From: Candidatus Cryosericum sp.
Lineage (GTDB): Bacteria > Caldisericota > Caldisericia > Cryosericales > Cryosericaceae
NCBI GenBank assembly: GCA_049699855.1
Contig: JBNAWM010000001.1
Coordinates: 1-30,526, forward strand
Reading direction: 5' to 3'
Length of the DNA stretch: 30,526 bases
Made by a program: the position numbers and the translations under genes. Under the pieces are notes generated by a model that searched no databases, was not told the origin of the DNA, and saw only the letters and a program-made list of their open reading frames with translations. This document shows positions 1 to 8,553 of the stretch, piece after piece; positions within the stretch are counted from its first letter, which is position 1, and every line of letters begins with the position of its first letter.

Positions 1-1099
1 CGCGCGTTGTCGTTGCAGGAGTCCCAAGACGAATACCGCTCGCTTTGTTCGGCGGCAGTACGTCAAACGGAATGGCATTCTTGTTGACGGTAATGCCGAC
101 TGTCTCCATGAGCGTCTGGACTTCCTTTCCATTGACGCCTTTGGATGTCAGATCAACCAGCATCAGATGATTGTCCGTGCCTCCGGAGACGATACGGTAG
201 CCACGACCTGCCAGGGCCTCTGCAAGGGCCCGCGCATTGGCAAGCACCTGTTTCTGGTAGACAACAAACTCTGGCGAGGCTGCTTCCTTCAGCGCAACAG
301 CTTTGGCTGCAATAATGTGCTCCAGTGGGCCTCCCTGACTTCCGGGAAATACTGCGCTGCTGATCTGTTTGGCAAATTGCTCCTTGTACAGGATGATGCC
401 CCCGCGCGGACCGCGCAGCGTCTTGTGCGTCGTCGTGGTGACAAAGTCAGCATATGGAACAGGTGACGGGTGAAGGCCCGTTGCAACCAGCCCAGCAATG
501 TGCGCCATGTCGACAAGGAGGAGTGCTCCGACCGAGTCGGCAATCTCGCGGAACCTTGCAAAGTCGATGATGCGCGGATAGGCGCTCGCTCCAGCAATGA
601 TCAGCTTGGGCCGCTCTGCGTGTGCAAGTTCGGCGACTTGATCATAGTCGATGGTTTCCGTATCCCTCCGAACCCCATAGGAGACAATGTGAAACAGCTT
701 TCCAACAAGAGAGACGGGGCTTCCGTGGCTCAAATGGCCACCATCGGCAAGCGACATGCTCAAGATCGTATCTCCTGGCTGCAGGACCGAGAAATACACT
801 TCCAGGTTCGCCTGCGTCCCGGAATGCGGTTGGACATTTGCACCCTCCGCTCCAAAAAGCGCTTTTGCCCGCTCGATGGCAAGCGTCTCCACCATGTCCA
901 CGTATTCACAACCACCATAATAGCGCCTGCCCGGATATCCTTCGGCATATTTGTTGGTCAGCACCGAACCCTGGGCCTCCAAAACATCACGCGACACGAA
1001 GTTTTCAGAAGCGATCAACTCAATATTGTTTTGCTGCCGGTGCAGCTCCCTGTTCATGACCTCCGCAACTTCGGGATCAATCATCTCCAAATGCGTCAT
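1..1099 (-). CDS. glyA: Serine hydroxymethyltransferase (3' end runs off the window)
   Basis: Absent from the ORF track because the stop is outside the window. My translation from ATG 1099 (after GGAGG) gives [34 protein letters not shown], then [32 protein letters not shown] and the PLP loop [13 protein letters not shown]. Confidence 0.97.
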   Translation of the reverse strand, partial: MTHLEMIDPEVAEVMNRELHRQQNNIELIASENFVSRDVLEAQGSVLTNKYAEGYPGRRYYGGCEYVDMVETLAIERAKALFGAEGANVQPHSGTQANLEVYFSVLQPGDTILSMSLADGGHLSHGSPVSLVGKLFHIVSYGVRRDTETIDYDQVAELAHAERPKLIIAGASAYPRIIDFARFREIADSVGALLLVDMAHIAGLVATGLHPSPVPYADFVTTTTHKTLRGPRGGIILYKEQFAKQISSAVFPGSQGGPLEHIIAAKAVALKEAASPEFVVYQKQVLANARALAEALAGRGYRIVSGGTDNHLMLVDLTSKGVNGKEVQTLMETVGITVNKNAIPFDVLPPNKASGIRLGTPATTTR

Positions 1100-1113
1100 C
1101 TCAGCCTCCATAG

Positions 1114-1141
1114 ATTATTCCAATTACAACCTTGTAGTCTA
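1114..1141 (-). promoter_or_regulatory. Candidate sigma70-type promoter of glyA
   Basis: TAGACT (1141-1136), 16 nt, AATAAT (1119-1114) preceded by TGG (extended -10-like), just upstream of the GGAGG RBS. Confidence 0.45.
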
Positions 1142-1169
1142 GCACTAATATGCGTAAGCAGCACTCCGT

Positions 1170-2411
1170 TCATGTGTTCATACTGTAAAGGATTCCGCGC
1201 GCCGCCGCCTGAACAACCTGCCAGGCGTTCAAGCCCCCTTGCAGATATCCCACATAGGGCTCGCGCATAGGAGCATCAAAGCTCAGTTCCACAGTCGATC
1301 CCTGAACAAGAGTCCCCCCCGCCATTAGAACCTCGCTGTCATATCCCTGCATGGGGCTTGGTTCCGGAATCGCCTCCGCATCAAGCACAGAGCACTCCTG
1401 GACCCCACGGCTGAATGCAATCAGCCGTTCTCTCGATCCGAACTGAATGCGAAGCACGATGTCCCCTCGGGTATCTCGAGGTCCGGGATCCACCAAAAAA
1501 CCGTTGTCCTGCAGTAATGCGCTGGCAACAATACTCCCGATCATCGCCTGCTCCATGACGGCAGGAGAAAGCAGAAGGCCACGCAGGAACATTTCGGCAT
1601 AGCCCAGATTTGGCCCAATTTCCGCACCGACCCCCGGACTTGAATACCGTGTCGCGGCAAGAGAGACTGCCCGCCGTGTTCCGACAACATAGCCTCCTGT
1701 CGTGACAATGCCTGCGCCCACATTCTTCATGAACGATGAGGCAAGAAGGTCCGCACCATCCATCGTTGGTTCGCGATCCTCAACCAGGTCTCCATAGCAG
1801 TTGTCGACGAGCACGAAGCTCTCGGGCCACGTCTCTTTCACGGCCGCAATCATTGCTGCGATTTCACTCTCCCTGAGCGCCTTGGTCCTTTTGTAACCGC
1901 GGCTCCTCTGGATCAGGAACAACTTCGGACGCCGTGTCCCGCAGCAGCGGGCGATTTCCTTGGTCCAGCGCTGCGCCGGCAGCGTCGTCAGATCACACTG
2001 GGAATAGGTCACGCCAAATTCGGCAAGAGAGCCATCAGACGGACGAATACCGATGATCTCCTCCATGGTGTCGTAGGGATCTCCTGTCACTGAACAGAGA
2101 AGATCGCCCGGCCGAAGCACGCCGAACATGGCGACAGCCAGAGCGTGCGTGCCAGAAATGATCTGTGGGCGGACCAACGCCGCCTCCGCCCCGTAGAGAA
2201 GCGCAAACACGCGCTCCATTTTGTCGCGCAGCCCATCGCCGATGCCGTAGCCAGATGATGGTCGAAGTTCCGAGGTCGACAGGTGCACGGCATGGAACGC
2301 ATCAAGGATGCGCATGAAATTGCGGCGCTGAACCCTTCGGATGTCCTCGATCTCGCCTTGATATTCGTTTTCAAGCTGTACTGCTCTTGCAAGCAGTTGC
2401 TGTTCAGTCAT
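1170..2411 (-). CDS. YnbB-like PLP-dependent protein (methionine gamma-lyase / aluminium-resistance family)
   Basis: 413 aa. Family motifs ALVRPQIISGTHAL, TGDPYDT, IQRSRGY, VDNCYG, EP..GADL..S..KN and FDAPMREPY..YLQGG. ATGA overlap with miaA. Confidence 0.9.
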   Translation of the reverse strand: MTEQQLLARAVQLENEYQGEIEDIRRVQRRNFMRILDAFHAVHLSTSELRPSSGYGIGDGLRDKMERVFALLYGAEAALVRPQIISGTHALAVAMFGVLRPGDLLCSVTGDPYDTMEEIIGIRPSDGSLAEFGVTYSQCDLTTLPAQRWTKEIARCCGTRRPKLFLIQRSRGYKRTKALRESEIAAMIAAVKETWPESFVLVDNCYGDLVEDREPTMDGADLLASSFMKNVGAGIVTTGGYVVGTRRAVSLAATRYSSPGVGAEIGPNLGYAEMFLRGLLLSPAVMEQAMIGSIVASALLQDNGFLVDPGPRDTRGDIVLRIQFGSRERLIAFSRGVQECSVLDAEAIPEPSPMQGYDSEVLMAGGTLVQGSTVELSFDAPMREPYVGYLQGGLNAWQVVQAAARGILYSMNT

Positions 2412-3358
2412 GACTCACCGTCTCCTTGCAGAGCATGTTCCACCACCTCGGCTGCCCGCGCATGGACTTCTTGCGGGCTCAGACCCGAAACATCGATCCA
2501 GTGAACGCCCTGTTCCTTTCGAAACCATGTTTCCTGCCGCTTTGCATAAGCGCGCGTCCGTTTCTTCCAGAGGTTGACGGCCTGCTCACGCGGCAACTCG
2601 CCGTGCAGCCAGGCGGCCAGCTCTTTGTAACCAATACCCTGCATCGCCGTGTCCTGCATGCTCAGCCCATCGTTCAGCAGACGCCGGACTTCCTCTTCCA
2701 TACCCGTCGCAATCATTGCATCGACACGCGCATCGAGACGACGATACAAGTCTGGCCGGTCCGCGCGGAGACCGATACGTACCACTCGCCACGGCACCTC
2801 GCGCCGTCTGTGTTTCAACGAGCTGGGAAGCTCATCCGATTGCGCAGCCATCTCCAGCACTCGTTCCAGACGCCGACGGTCATGGGCTGCAATCTCTGCC
2901 TCCGCTCTCGGATCAATCGCCCTGACCCGCTCCCGCAGTTCAGCTTCTGAAAGCATGTGAAATTGGGCTCGAACCGCCATGTCTGGGCCGACTGGAGAGA
3001 ACTCGTATCCATCCAGCACAGCCCTCACATATAGTCCGGTTCCACCCACGATGATGGGCAGACACCCTGAGCTGAGCGCCTGTTGCACCGCTGCCACCGC
3101 CAGCTCTTGATAGGCAGCCACCGAGAAGTGGTCATGTGGAGAAGCGACATCGATGAGAGCATGATGGATGCCCTCGCGCCGCTGAGGCGGCAGTTTTGCA
3201 GTTCCTATATCCATACCCCGATAGACCTGCATCGAATCAGCGGAGATAATGCATCCATGGAACTGGTGAGCCAGGTTGAGCGAAAGCTCGCTCTTGCCCG
3301 TGCCCGTCGCTCCAACAATACCAAGCACAAGCGGTCGTTCATCCAACCGCTGTTCCAT
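2408..3358 (-). CDS. miaA: tRNA dimethylallyltransferase
   Basis: GATGTGKS P-loop, DSMQVYRGMDIGTAK, VGGTGLY, IGYKE, TRAYAKRQETWF. Confidence 0.97.
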   Translation of the reverse strand: MEQRLDERPLVLGIVGATGTGKSELSLNLAHQFHGCIISADSMQVYRGMDIGTAKLPPQRREGIHHALIDVASPHDHFSVAAYQELAVAAVQQALSSGCLPIIVGGTGLYVRAVLDGYEFSPVGPDMAVRAQFHMLSEAELRERVRAIDPRAEAEIAAHDRRRLERVLEMAAQSDELPSSLKHRRREVPWRVVRIGLRADRPDLYRRLDARVDAMIATGMEEEVRRLLNDGLSMQDTAMQGIGYKELAAWLHGELPREQAVNLWKKRTRAYAKRQETWFRKEQGVHWIDVSGLSPQEVHARAAEVVEHALQGDGES

Positions 3359-4592
3359 AAAGACCTTCTCTTGACGCGTGATCCACCATTACCCTGAGGA
3401 AGCTGCCCACGACCGGCTGGTACTCAGTCCGTCCAAACCAGACGTTGCGCCCGTCGATGGATCTGCCGAAACCGCCGCCAGCGTGGTTCAAGCTGAGAAC
3501 GAGCACATCAACAAGGTGCCCCGTCATCTTCTCGTTGCTCTGTTCACTGAGATCTTGCACTATCCGCAGCAGGGTTGAGTGGCGCTTGTCGATGACAGCC
3601 CTGGGAACCTTGTCCTGCATACGCGACGATGGGGTGCCCGGCCTGTCCGAGTACTTTGCAAGGAACACTCCATCAAAGTGAAACCTCTGCACGGCATCGA
3701 CAGTTTGTGCAAAATCATCATCCGTTTCGCCAGGAAATCCCACGATGACATCCGTCGTCAACGCCCACTCCTGGTTGTCCCTGACAGCCTTTGCAAGCTC
3801 TGCATACTGTGCCAGCGTATATCGGCGGTTCATCCGTTCAAGGATGTGGTCACTGCCTGACTGCAGTGGGAGATGAAGGCGATGCTCGATGTGCTTCAGC
3901 TGCATCAGCCGCCTCACTTCGTCTGGTCGAAAATTCGCAGGATGAGGGCTTAGGAACCAAAACCAGAAAGACCCGCTGGTTCTGTCGACCAGGGACATCA
4001 TGTCAACCAGGCCGCCGGCCTGCGAGTGATATTTGTTGATGTTCTGTCCCAGAAACAGAAGCTCAGAAAATCCGTCCTCAACCGCAGATTTGACCGATAG
4101 AAGAACTCGATCCGAGTCAACCGCCACTTCGCGTCCACGCGACGTCGGGACAATACAATACGTACAATAACTCTCACAGCCGCGGATGAGTTCGATGTCT
4201 GCTGTTGGGAAAAGCGACCTTGGAGGCCCGTCAAATGGAGCTGTGGGAACAAGTCTTCCAAGAATTTCCAGGACTTCGTCGAGACTCCTGCTCCCCTCTA
4301 TGGTCGTCAGGCCATGCCCTGCAATGCGCAGTGGCCGCTCTCGGTCGAGGGAAGCCACGCATCCCATGAAAACGATGTGCCTGGCATCAAGAACTTTGGC
4401 CGCCTCCCCCAGGAAGCTGAGAGCTTTGTCTTCCGACTTTTTTCGCACGGCACAGCTGTTGATGATGACAAGGGATGCCTTCTCCAGATCGGCAGTGCGC
4501 TCATTGCCAGCTCGCAGAAGGGCGTCAGCGATAGCGCCGCTATAGAGCTCGTTAAACTGGCATCCGAACGTCTTAATGAAGAAAGAGGCCAT
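3339..4592 (-). CDS. miaB: MiaB-type radical SAM tRNA methylthiotransferase (divergent)
   Basis: N-terminal Cys triad (TFGCQFN, NSCAVR, GCVA), CxxxCxxC (GCESYCTYC), HLPLQSGS, DVIVGFPGET and a TRAM-like tail. Overlaps miaA by 20 nt. Confidence 0.85.
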   Translation of the reverse strand: MASFFIKTFGCQFNELYSGAIADALLRAGNERTADLEKASLVIINSCAVRKKSEDKALSFLGEAAKVLDARHIVFMGCVASLDRERPLRIAGHGLTTIEGSRSLDEVLEILGRLVPTAPFDGPPRSLFPTADIELIRGCESYCTYCIVPTSRGREVAVDSDRVLLSVKSAVEDGFSELLFLGQNINKYHSQAGGLVDMMSLVDRTSGSFWFWFLSPHPANFRPDEVRRLMQLKHIEHRLHLPLQSGSDHILERMNRRYTLAQYAELAKAVRDNQEWALTTDVIVGFPGETDDDFAQTVDAVQRFHFDGVFLAKYSDRPGTPSSRMQDKVPRAVIDKRHSTLLRIVQDLSEQSNEKMTGHLVDVLVLSLNHAGGGFGRSIDGRNVWFGRTEYQPVVGSFLRVMVDHASREGLYGTAVG

Positions 4593-4593
4593 G

Positions 4594-5373
4594 TCAGCTC
4601 TGTCTCTGTATCGGCAAAATTGAGGTACTTCTGCCGGTCTGCGGATCGATGTCGACCACCACTGCCATCACGGTGGCCTCACCTTCAGCAACTCGTGGAG
4701 GATACGCGATCCCCGTCTGAATGTGGCGAGCTATCGTCTCGGGGTCCAAGCCGATAATGGAAGCCCGCACCCCGGTCATTCCAACGTCGGTCATGAACGC
4801 TGTCCCTCCCTCAGTGACCCGAGCATCAGCGGTGGGGACATGGGTATGCGTTCCCAGAATCGCGCTCAAGCGGCCATCGAAGAGATATAGTAACGCCGCT
4901 TTCTCAGCGCTCGCTTCTGCATGGACGTCGACGATACGCATGCGTACGTGTTGCACGTCGGGTGCTGCCAGCACGTCCTCCAGGTACTCATAGGGACTGT
5001 CCGCCCCGTTCATGCAGTATTGGCCCATGATGTTGATGACCGCGACCGGTCCGTCGTTCGTAGGGACCAGCACCCATCCATGGCGGCCGAGGGCGCGGCT
5101 GATATTCCCTGGACATAACACATTGGCCTGCTGTTCCATCAAGCTCATGATTTCGGGTTTTGCGAGCGTATGATTGCCCCCCGTGAAAACATCGATGCCA
5201 GCCCCACTCAATTCATCGAATGCAGAACGTGTCATCCCGGTCCCATGGGTCGCGTTCTCAGCGTTTGCAACCACGAGCACGGGCTGAAACTCATCTCTCA
5301 ACCCACCCAGCAGCCGATGGATAGCGGTGCGCCCTGGCCTGCCAAAGATGTCTCCGATGAAAAGAACTCTCAT
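4594..5373 (-). CDS. ymdB: YmdB-family metallophosphoesterase (2',3'-cyclic nucleotide phosphodiesterase)
   Basis: FIGDIFGRPG, NAENA, TGGNH, DVHAEASAEK, GTHTHVPTAD, TDVGMTG. Confidence 0.93.
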   Translation of the reverse strand: MRVLFIGDIFGRPGRTAIHRLLGGLRDEFQPVLVVANAENATHGTGMTRSAFDELSGAGIDVFTGGNHTLAKPEIMSLMEQQANVLCPGNISRALGRHGWVLVPTNDGPVAVINIMGQYCMNGADSPYEYLEDVLAAPDVQHVRMRIVDVHAEASAEKAALLYLFDGRLSAILGTHTHVPTADARVTEGGTAFMTDVGMTGVRASIIGLDPETIARHIQTGIAYPPRVAEGEATVMAVVVDIDPQTGRSTSILPIQRQS

Positions 5374-5402
5374 GGCATGTCCGCTCCACCGTCGAGAGCA
5401 GC

Positions 5403-5430
5403 AAAAACGCTGGCCTGTTGAGACCAGCGT
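5403..5430 (-). terminator. Intrinsic terminator downstream of rplY
   Basis: Minus-strand ACGCTGGTCT-CAAC-AGGCCAGCGT (10-bp stem with one G-U pair) followed by TTTT. Confidence 0.75.
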
Positions 5431-5472
5431 ATGCGGTAGTGCAGAACCCGGATCGACAACAAAAGCAGTGTG

Positions 5473-6147
5473 CTACTTCTTGGTAGCGGCTTTTGCGGGA
5501 CTCTCTGGTGCAGCGGGCGTAGTACCCTCGGCAGGTGATGCTGCTGCGCCCTCAGCAGGAGTACCTTCCTCCGGGGCAGGCGGAGCTTCTTCTACAGCAG
5601 GAGCAACGACAGAGAAGACGGTAGCCGACTCGCTTGTCAGTACCTTGACCTTCTCACCCAGCTTGAGATCTGCAACGTGAATGGAATGTTTGAGACCGAG
5701 CTCCGAGACATCAACTTCCAGATAATCGGGAATGTCGAGAGGCAGGGCTTCCACTTCCAATTCATACAAAGAGTGCTCCAGGACTCCCCCTTCCTTGAGA
5801 CCGATAGCAGTTCCGACAGGCCGAATTGGAATCTTGCTCGTCAACGGCTCGTCCAGCGAAATCGACAGGAAGTCCACATGCGTATACGTGTCCCGTATCG
5901 GATTCATTTGAAATTCGTGGACGACCGTGGTGACAGCCGTGCCACCTTCAAACTGAAGTTCGACAATGGCCGATTCGCCAGTGTTGCGGCGGATGCGCTC
6001 AAAAGCGCGGACGGGCACAGCCACCGACATGGGAGCCATACCACGGCCGTAGACAACACCCGGAACAAACCCCTGCCTGCGCAGGGCACTCAATTTGCCA
6101 TGTTTTCCGCTGTCGCGGGAAATGGCCTCTATCGTTACTCTCTGCAT
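5473..6147 (-). CDS. rplY: 50S ribosomal protein bL25 / general stress protein Ctc (long form)
   Basis: LRRQGFVPGVVYG, HVDF, G.KEGGVL and LPLDIP motifs, with a Pro/Ala/Glu-rich tail. GAGGAG RBS. Confidence 0.96.
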   Translation of the reverse strand: MQRVTIEAISRDSGKHGKLSALRRQGFVPGVVYGRGMAPMSVAVPVRAFERIRRNTGESAIVELQFEGGTAVTTVVHEFQMNPIRDTYTHVDFLSISLDEPLTSKIPIRPVGTAIGLKEGGVLEHSLYELEVEALPLDIPDYLEVDVSELGLKHSIHVADLKLGEKVKVLTSESATVFSVVAPAVEEAPPAPEEGTPAEGAAASPAEGTTPAAPESPAKAATKK

Positions 6148-6185
6148 ATCAACTCCTCATTCGAAAGGTATCAGCGCATCATTGA

Positions 6186-6213
6186 ATTATATGGCAAATC
6201 AGCTCTGAATCAA
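6186..6213 (-). promoter_or_regulatory. Sigma70-type promoter of rplY
   Basis: TTGATT (6213-6208), 16 nt, TATAAT (6191-6186). Confidence 0.7.
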
Positions 6214-6232
6214 GTGGACAGCTTTCAGAGTC

Positions 6233-7180
6233 TCACAACTGGAACAGCGCAGACACCGACGAGTGATTGTGGATGCTGTAGATGGCTTTTCCAATGAGCT
6301 CTGATACTGACAGGACCGTGAACATTGACGGATATTCGCGGTCCGGCACGAACATGGTATCTGTTACAATGACTTCGCTGAAGTTCGAACGGGCAAACAA
6401 CCCCAGGGAATCACCGGCAAACACGGCATGCGTCGCACACGCAATGACGCTCTTGGCGCCCTCGGCAAGCGCTCGGTTACAGGCATTCAGCATAGTGTTG
6501 CCCGTGTGGATCGCGTCGTCTGCAATGATGACATTCTTGCCCCGTACGTCACCGATCAACGATTGAATCTCCACAGCTTCGGGTGAAAGACGCTTCTTGA
6601 CGAAGAGAGCCTGCGATGCATGAATCGTTTGCGCGAACGTGCTGGCGCGCGCCACGCCTCCAACGTCAGGAGAGAGAACGACCAGGTCTTCAAGTTCTTT
6701 TCGCTTGATATACTGGGCAAACTGAACCATGGCAGTCAGGTTATCAGTGGGAATGTCAAAGAAACCCTGAATCTGAGCGGCGTGAAGATCAATGGCAACC
6801 ACCCGGTCCGCACCAGCAACCGTGATGAGGTTCGCAACCAGTTTGGCGCTGATTGGCTCACGAGAACGAACCTTACGGTCCTGGCGGGCGTATCCGAAAA
6901 ACGGAATGATTGCTGTAATGCTCGCTGCTGAGGCACGCTTCAGGGCGTCCAGGAGAATCAGGAGCTCCAGCAGGTTCTCCGCGGGAGCGTTGGTCGGTTG
7001 AATGACGTACACATTCACACCGCGCACGTTCTCGCTGACGCGCAGTTTGATCTCGCCATCAGGAAAACGGCCGATCTCGCATTGGCCTAAAGGAATGCCC
7101 AGGTAGGAGGCGACCTTCTCGGCCAGGGGTCTGTTCGCGTTGCCAGAAAATATCTTGATCGGGTTGTATTCACTGTCCAT
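6233..7180 (-). CDS. prs: Ribose-phosphate pyrophosphokinase (PRPP synthetase)
   Basis: FPDGE, PFFGYARQDRK, DLHAAQIQGFF, SPDVGG. Start moved from 7213 to ATG 7180 because AGGAGG precedes it. 11-nt overlap with glmU. Confidence 0.96.
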   Translation of the reverse strand: MDSEYNPIKIFSGNANRPLAEKVASYLGIPLGQCEIGRFPDGEIKLRVSENVRGVNVYVIQPTNAPAENLLELLILLDALKRASAASITAIIPFFGYARQDRKVRSREPISAKLVANLITVAGADRVVAIDLHAAQIQGFFDIPTDNLTAMVQFAQYIKRKELEDLVVLSPDVGGVARASTFAQTIHASQALFVKKRLSPEAVEIQSLIGDVRGKNVIIADDAIHTGNTMLNACNRALAEGAKSVIACATHAVFAGDSLGLFARSNFSEVIVTDTMFVPDREYPSMFTVLSVSELIGKAIYSIHNHSSVSALFQL

Positions 7181-8546
7181 TCTTTTTCCTCCTGACCCAT
7201 CCTTCCTTGTCAACTTGCACAGCGCGAGCTATGCCAAGTGCTCCAGCGGGCACATCGTGGGTGATTGTCGACCCGGTCGCCGTGTACGCTCCCTCGTGAA
7301 TTGTCACTGGAGCAACCAGATTGTTGTTGGCTCCAATGAAAACATCGCGTTCAATGACCGTGCGATGCTTGCCATGGGTGAACCCATCATAATTACACGT
7401 GATCGTCCCTGCGCCGATATTGACGTTCTCAGCGATGGATGCATCTCCAATGTACGAGAGATGTGGAACTTTGCTGCCCGCTCCCAGCGACGACGCCTTC
7501 ATCTCGCAAAACGCACCGATTTTCGAGTGAGCACCTGTCAGTGTTGCAGGGCGAACGTATGAGAATGGGCCCACCGCGGAGCCCCCGCCAATCACAGAAT
7601 CCTCGACATACGACATCAAAATAGTGGTTTCATCACCTACTCTCGCGCCTACGAGCATCGTATTCGGACCTATGATGCACTTGCTCCCCACAGCAGTCCT
7701 GCCCCTCAGGCATGACCCCTGCCTGATCTCTGTGTCGCGGCCAATGGAAACGTCCCAGTCGATCCGGACCGTAGCTGGCATGTCAATGGTAACGCCATCA
7801 GCATACAATCGCTGCATCTTGCGCTCCTGGAGAATACCAGCAGCCAGCATCAGCTCACTGCGATCGTTCACTCCGGCCATCCGCCATGGCGTCCGTGGCA
7901 CGTGGCAGTACACCGCGTCTCCATCCTCAGCCGCCATTGCAAGGCAGTCCGTAATGTAGTACTCTCCCTGGACATTGTCGGGTCGTATGCGCGCAATCCA
8001 TCCGCGCAGCTTCGACGTCCGGAAAAGGTAGATGCCGGTGTTGATCTCGTGGACCTCAAGTTCTTCCGGCCGCGCATCCCGTGCCTCCACAATCCGCACA
8101 AATGTCCCATCGGATGTCCGGAGGACCCGCCCCAACTGCCCAGGACTGTCCAGAGTGGCTGCAAATACTGCGGCATCCGCCCCTCTGGCGAGGCTCTCGT
8201 CCACAAACGCACGATAGTCCTCGTCTGATGCAAACGGATTGTCACCATTGCACACAAGAACATAGTCCGAGGTGACGCCTTCTAGTCCGCACTGCACGGC
8301 ATGGCCACTGCCATGCTGCTGAGGCTGGACGGCGTAGCGCACCTGATCACCAAACTCCCGCTGAAATGCTTCATTATCGGCTGGCGTCACAAGGACAGGA
8401 TGATCGTTGATGCCCTTCACCGCTTCGACCACGTACCAGACCATGGGGTGACCGAGGATATCGTGAAGAACCTTGGGAGTTGCACTCTTCATGCGCGTGC
8501 CAAGGCCCCCCGCCAGAATCAGTATGTCAATCGAAGCAGGAGCCAT
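7170..8546 (-). CDS. glmU: Bifunctional UDP-GlcNAc pyrophosphorylase / GlcN-1-P acetyltransferase
   Basis: LAGGLGTRMKS..PKVLH, EINTGIY, NVQGEYYITD, hexapeptide repeats, HLSYIGDA and NIGAGTITCNYDG. Confidence 0.97.
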   Translation of the reverse strand: MAPASIDILILAGGLGTRMKSATPKVLHDILGHPMVWYVVEAVKGINDHPVLVTPADNEAFQREFGDQVRYAVQPQQHGSGHAVQCGLEGVTSDYVLVCNGDNPFASDEDYRAFVDESLARGADAAVFAATLDSPGQLGRVLRTSDGTFVRIVEARDARPEELEVHEINTGIYLFRTSKLRGWIARIRPDNVQGEYYITDCLAMAAEDGDAVYCHVPRTPWRMAGVNDRSELMLAAGILQERKMQRLYADGVTIDMPATVRIDWDVSIGRDTEIRQGSCLRGRTAVGSKCIIGPNTMLVGARVGDETTILMSYVEDSVIGGGSAVGPFSYVRPATLTGAHSKIGAFCEMKASSLGAGSKVPHLSYIGDASIAENVNIGAGTITCNYDGFTHGKHRTVIERDVFIGANNNLVAPVTIHEGAYTATGSTITHDVPAGALGIARAVQVDKEGWVRRKKNGQ

Positions 8547-8553
8547 CTGCCAC

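Noticed and set aside
167..1270. Plus-strand ORFs of 99 and 266 aa
   Set aside because: Antisense shadows of glyA, which the ORF track omits because its stop is off-window.
5476..5600. PAEG-type repeats at the end of rplY
   Set aside because: Low-complexity acidic Pro/Ala tails are normal for long bL25/Ctc proteins. It is not a DNA repeat array.
6149..6182. Mini-ORFs (ATG ATG CGC TGA; ATG AGG AGT TGA) in the rplY leader
   Set aside because: Only 2-3 codons long, and the second is a by-product of the GAGGAG SD. Not distinguishable from chance without Ribo-seq.
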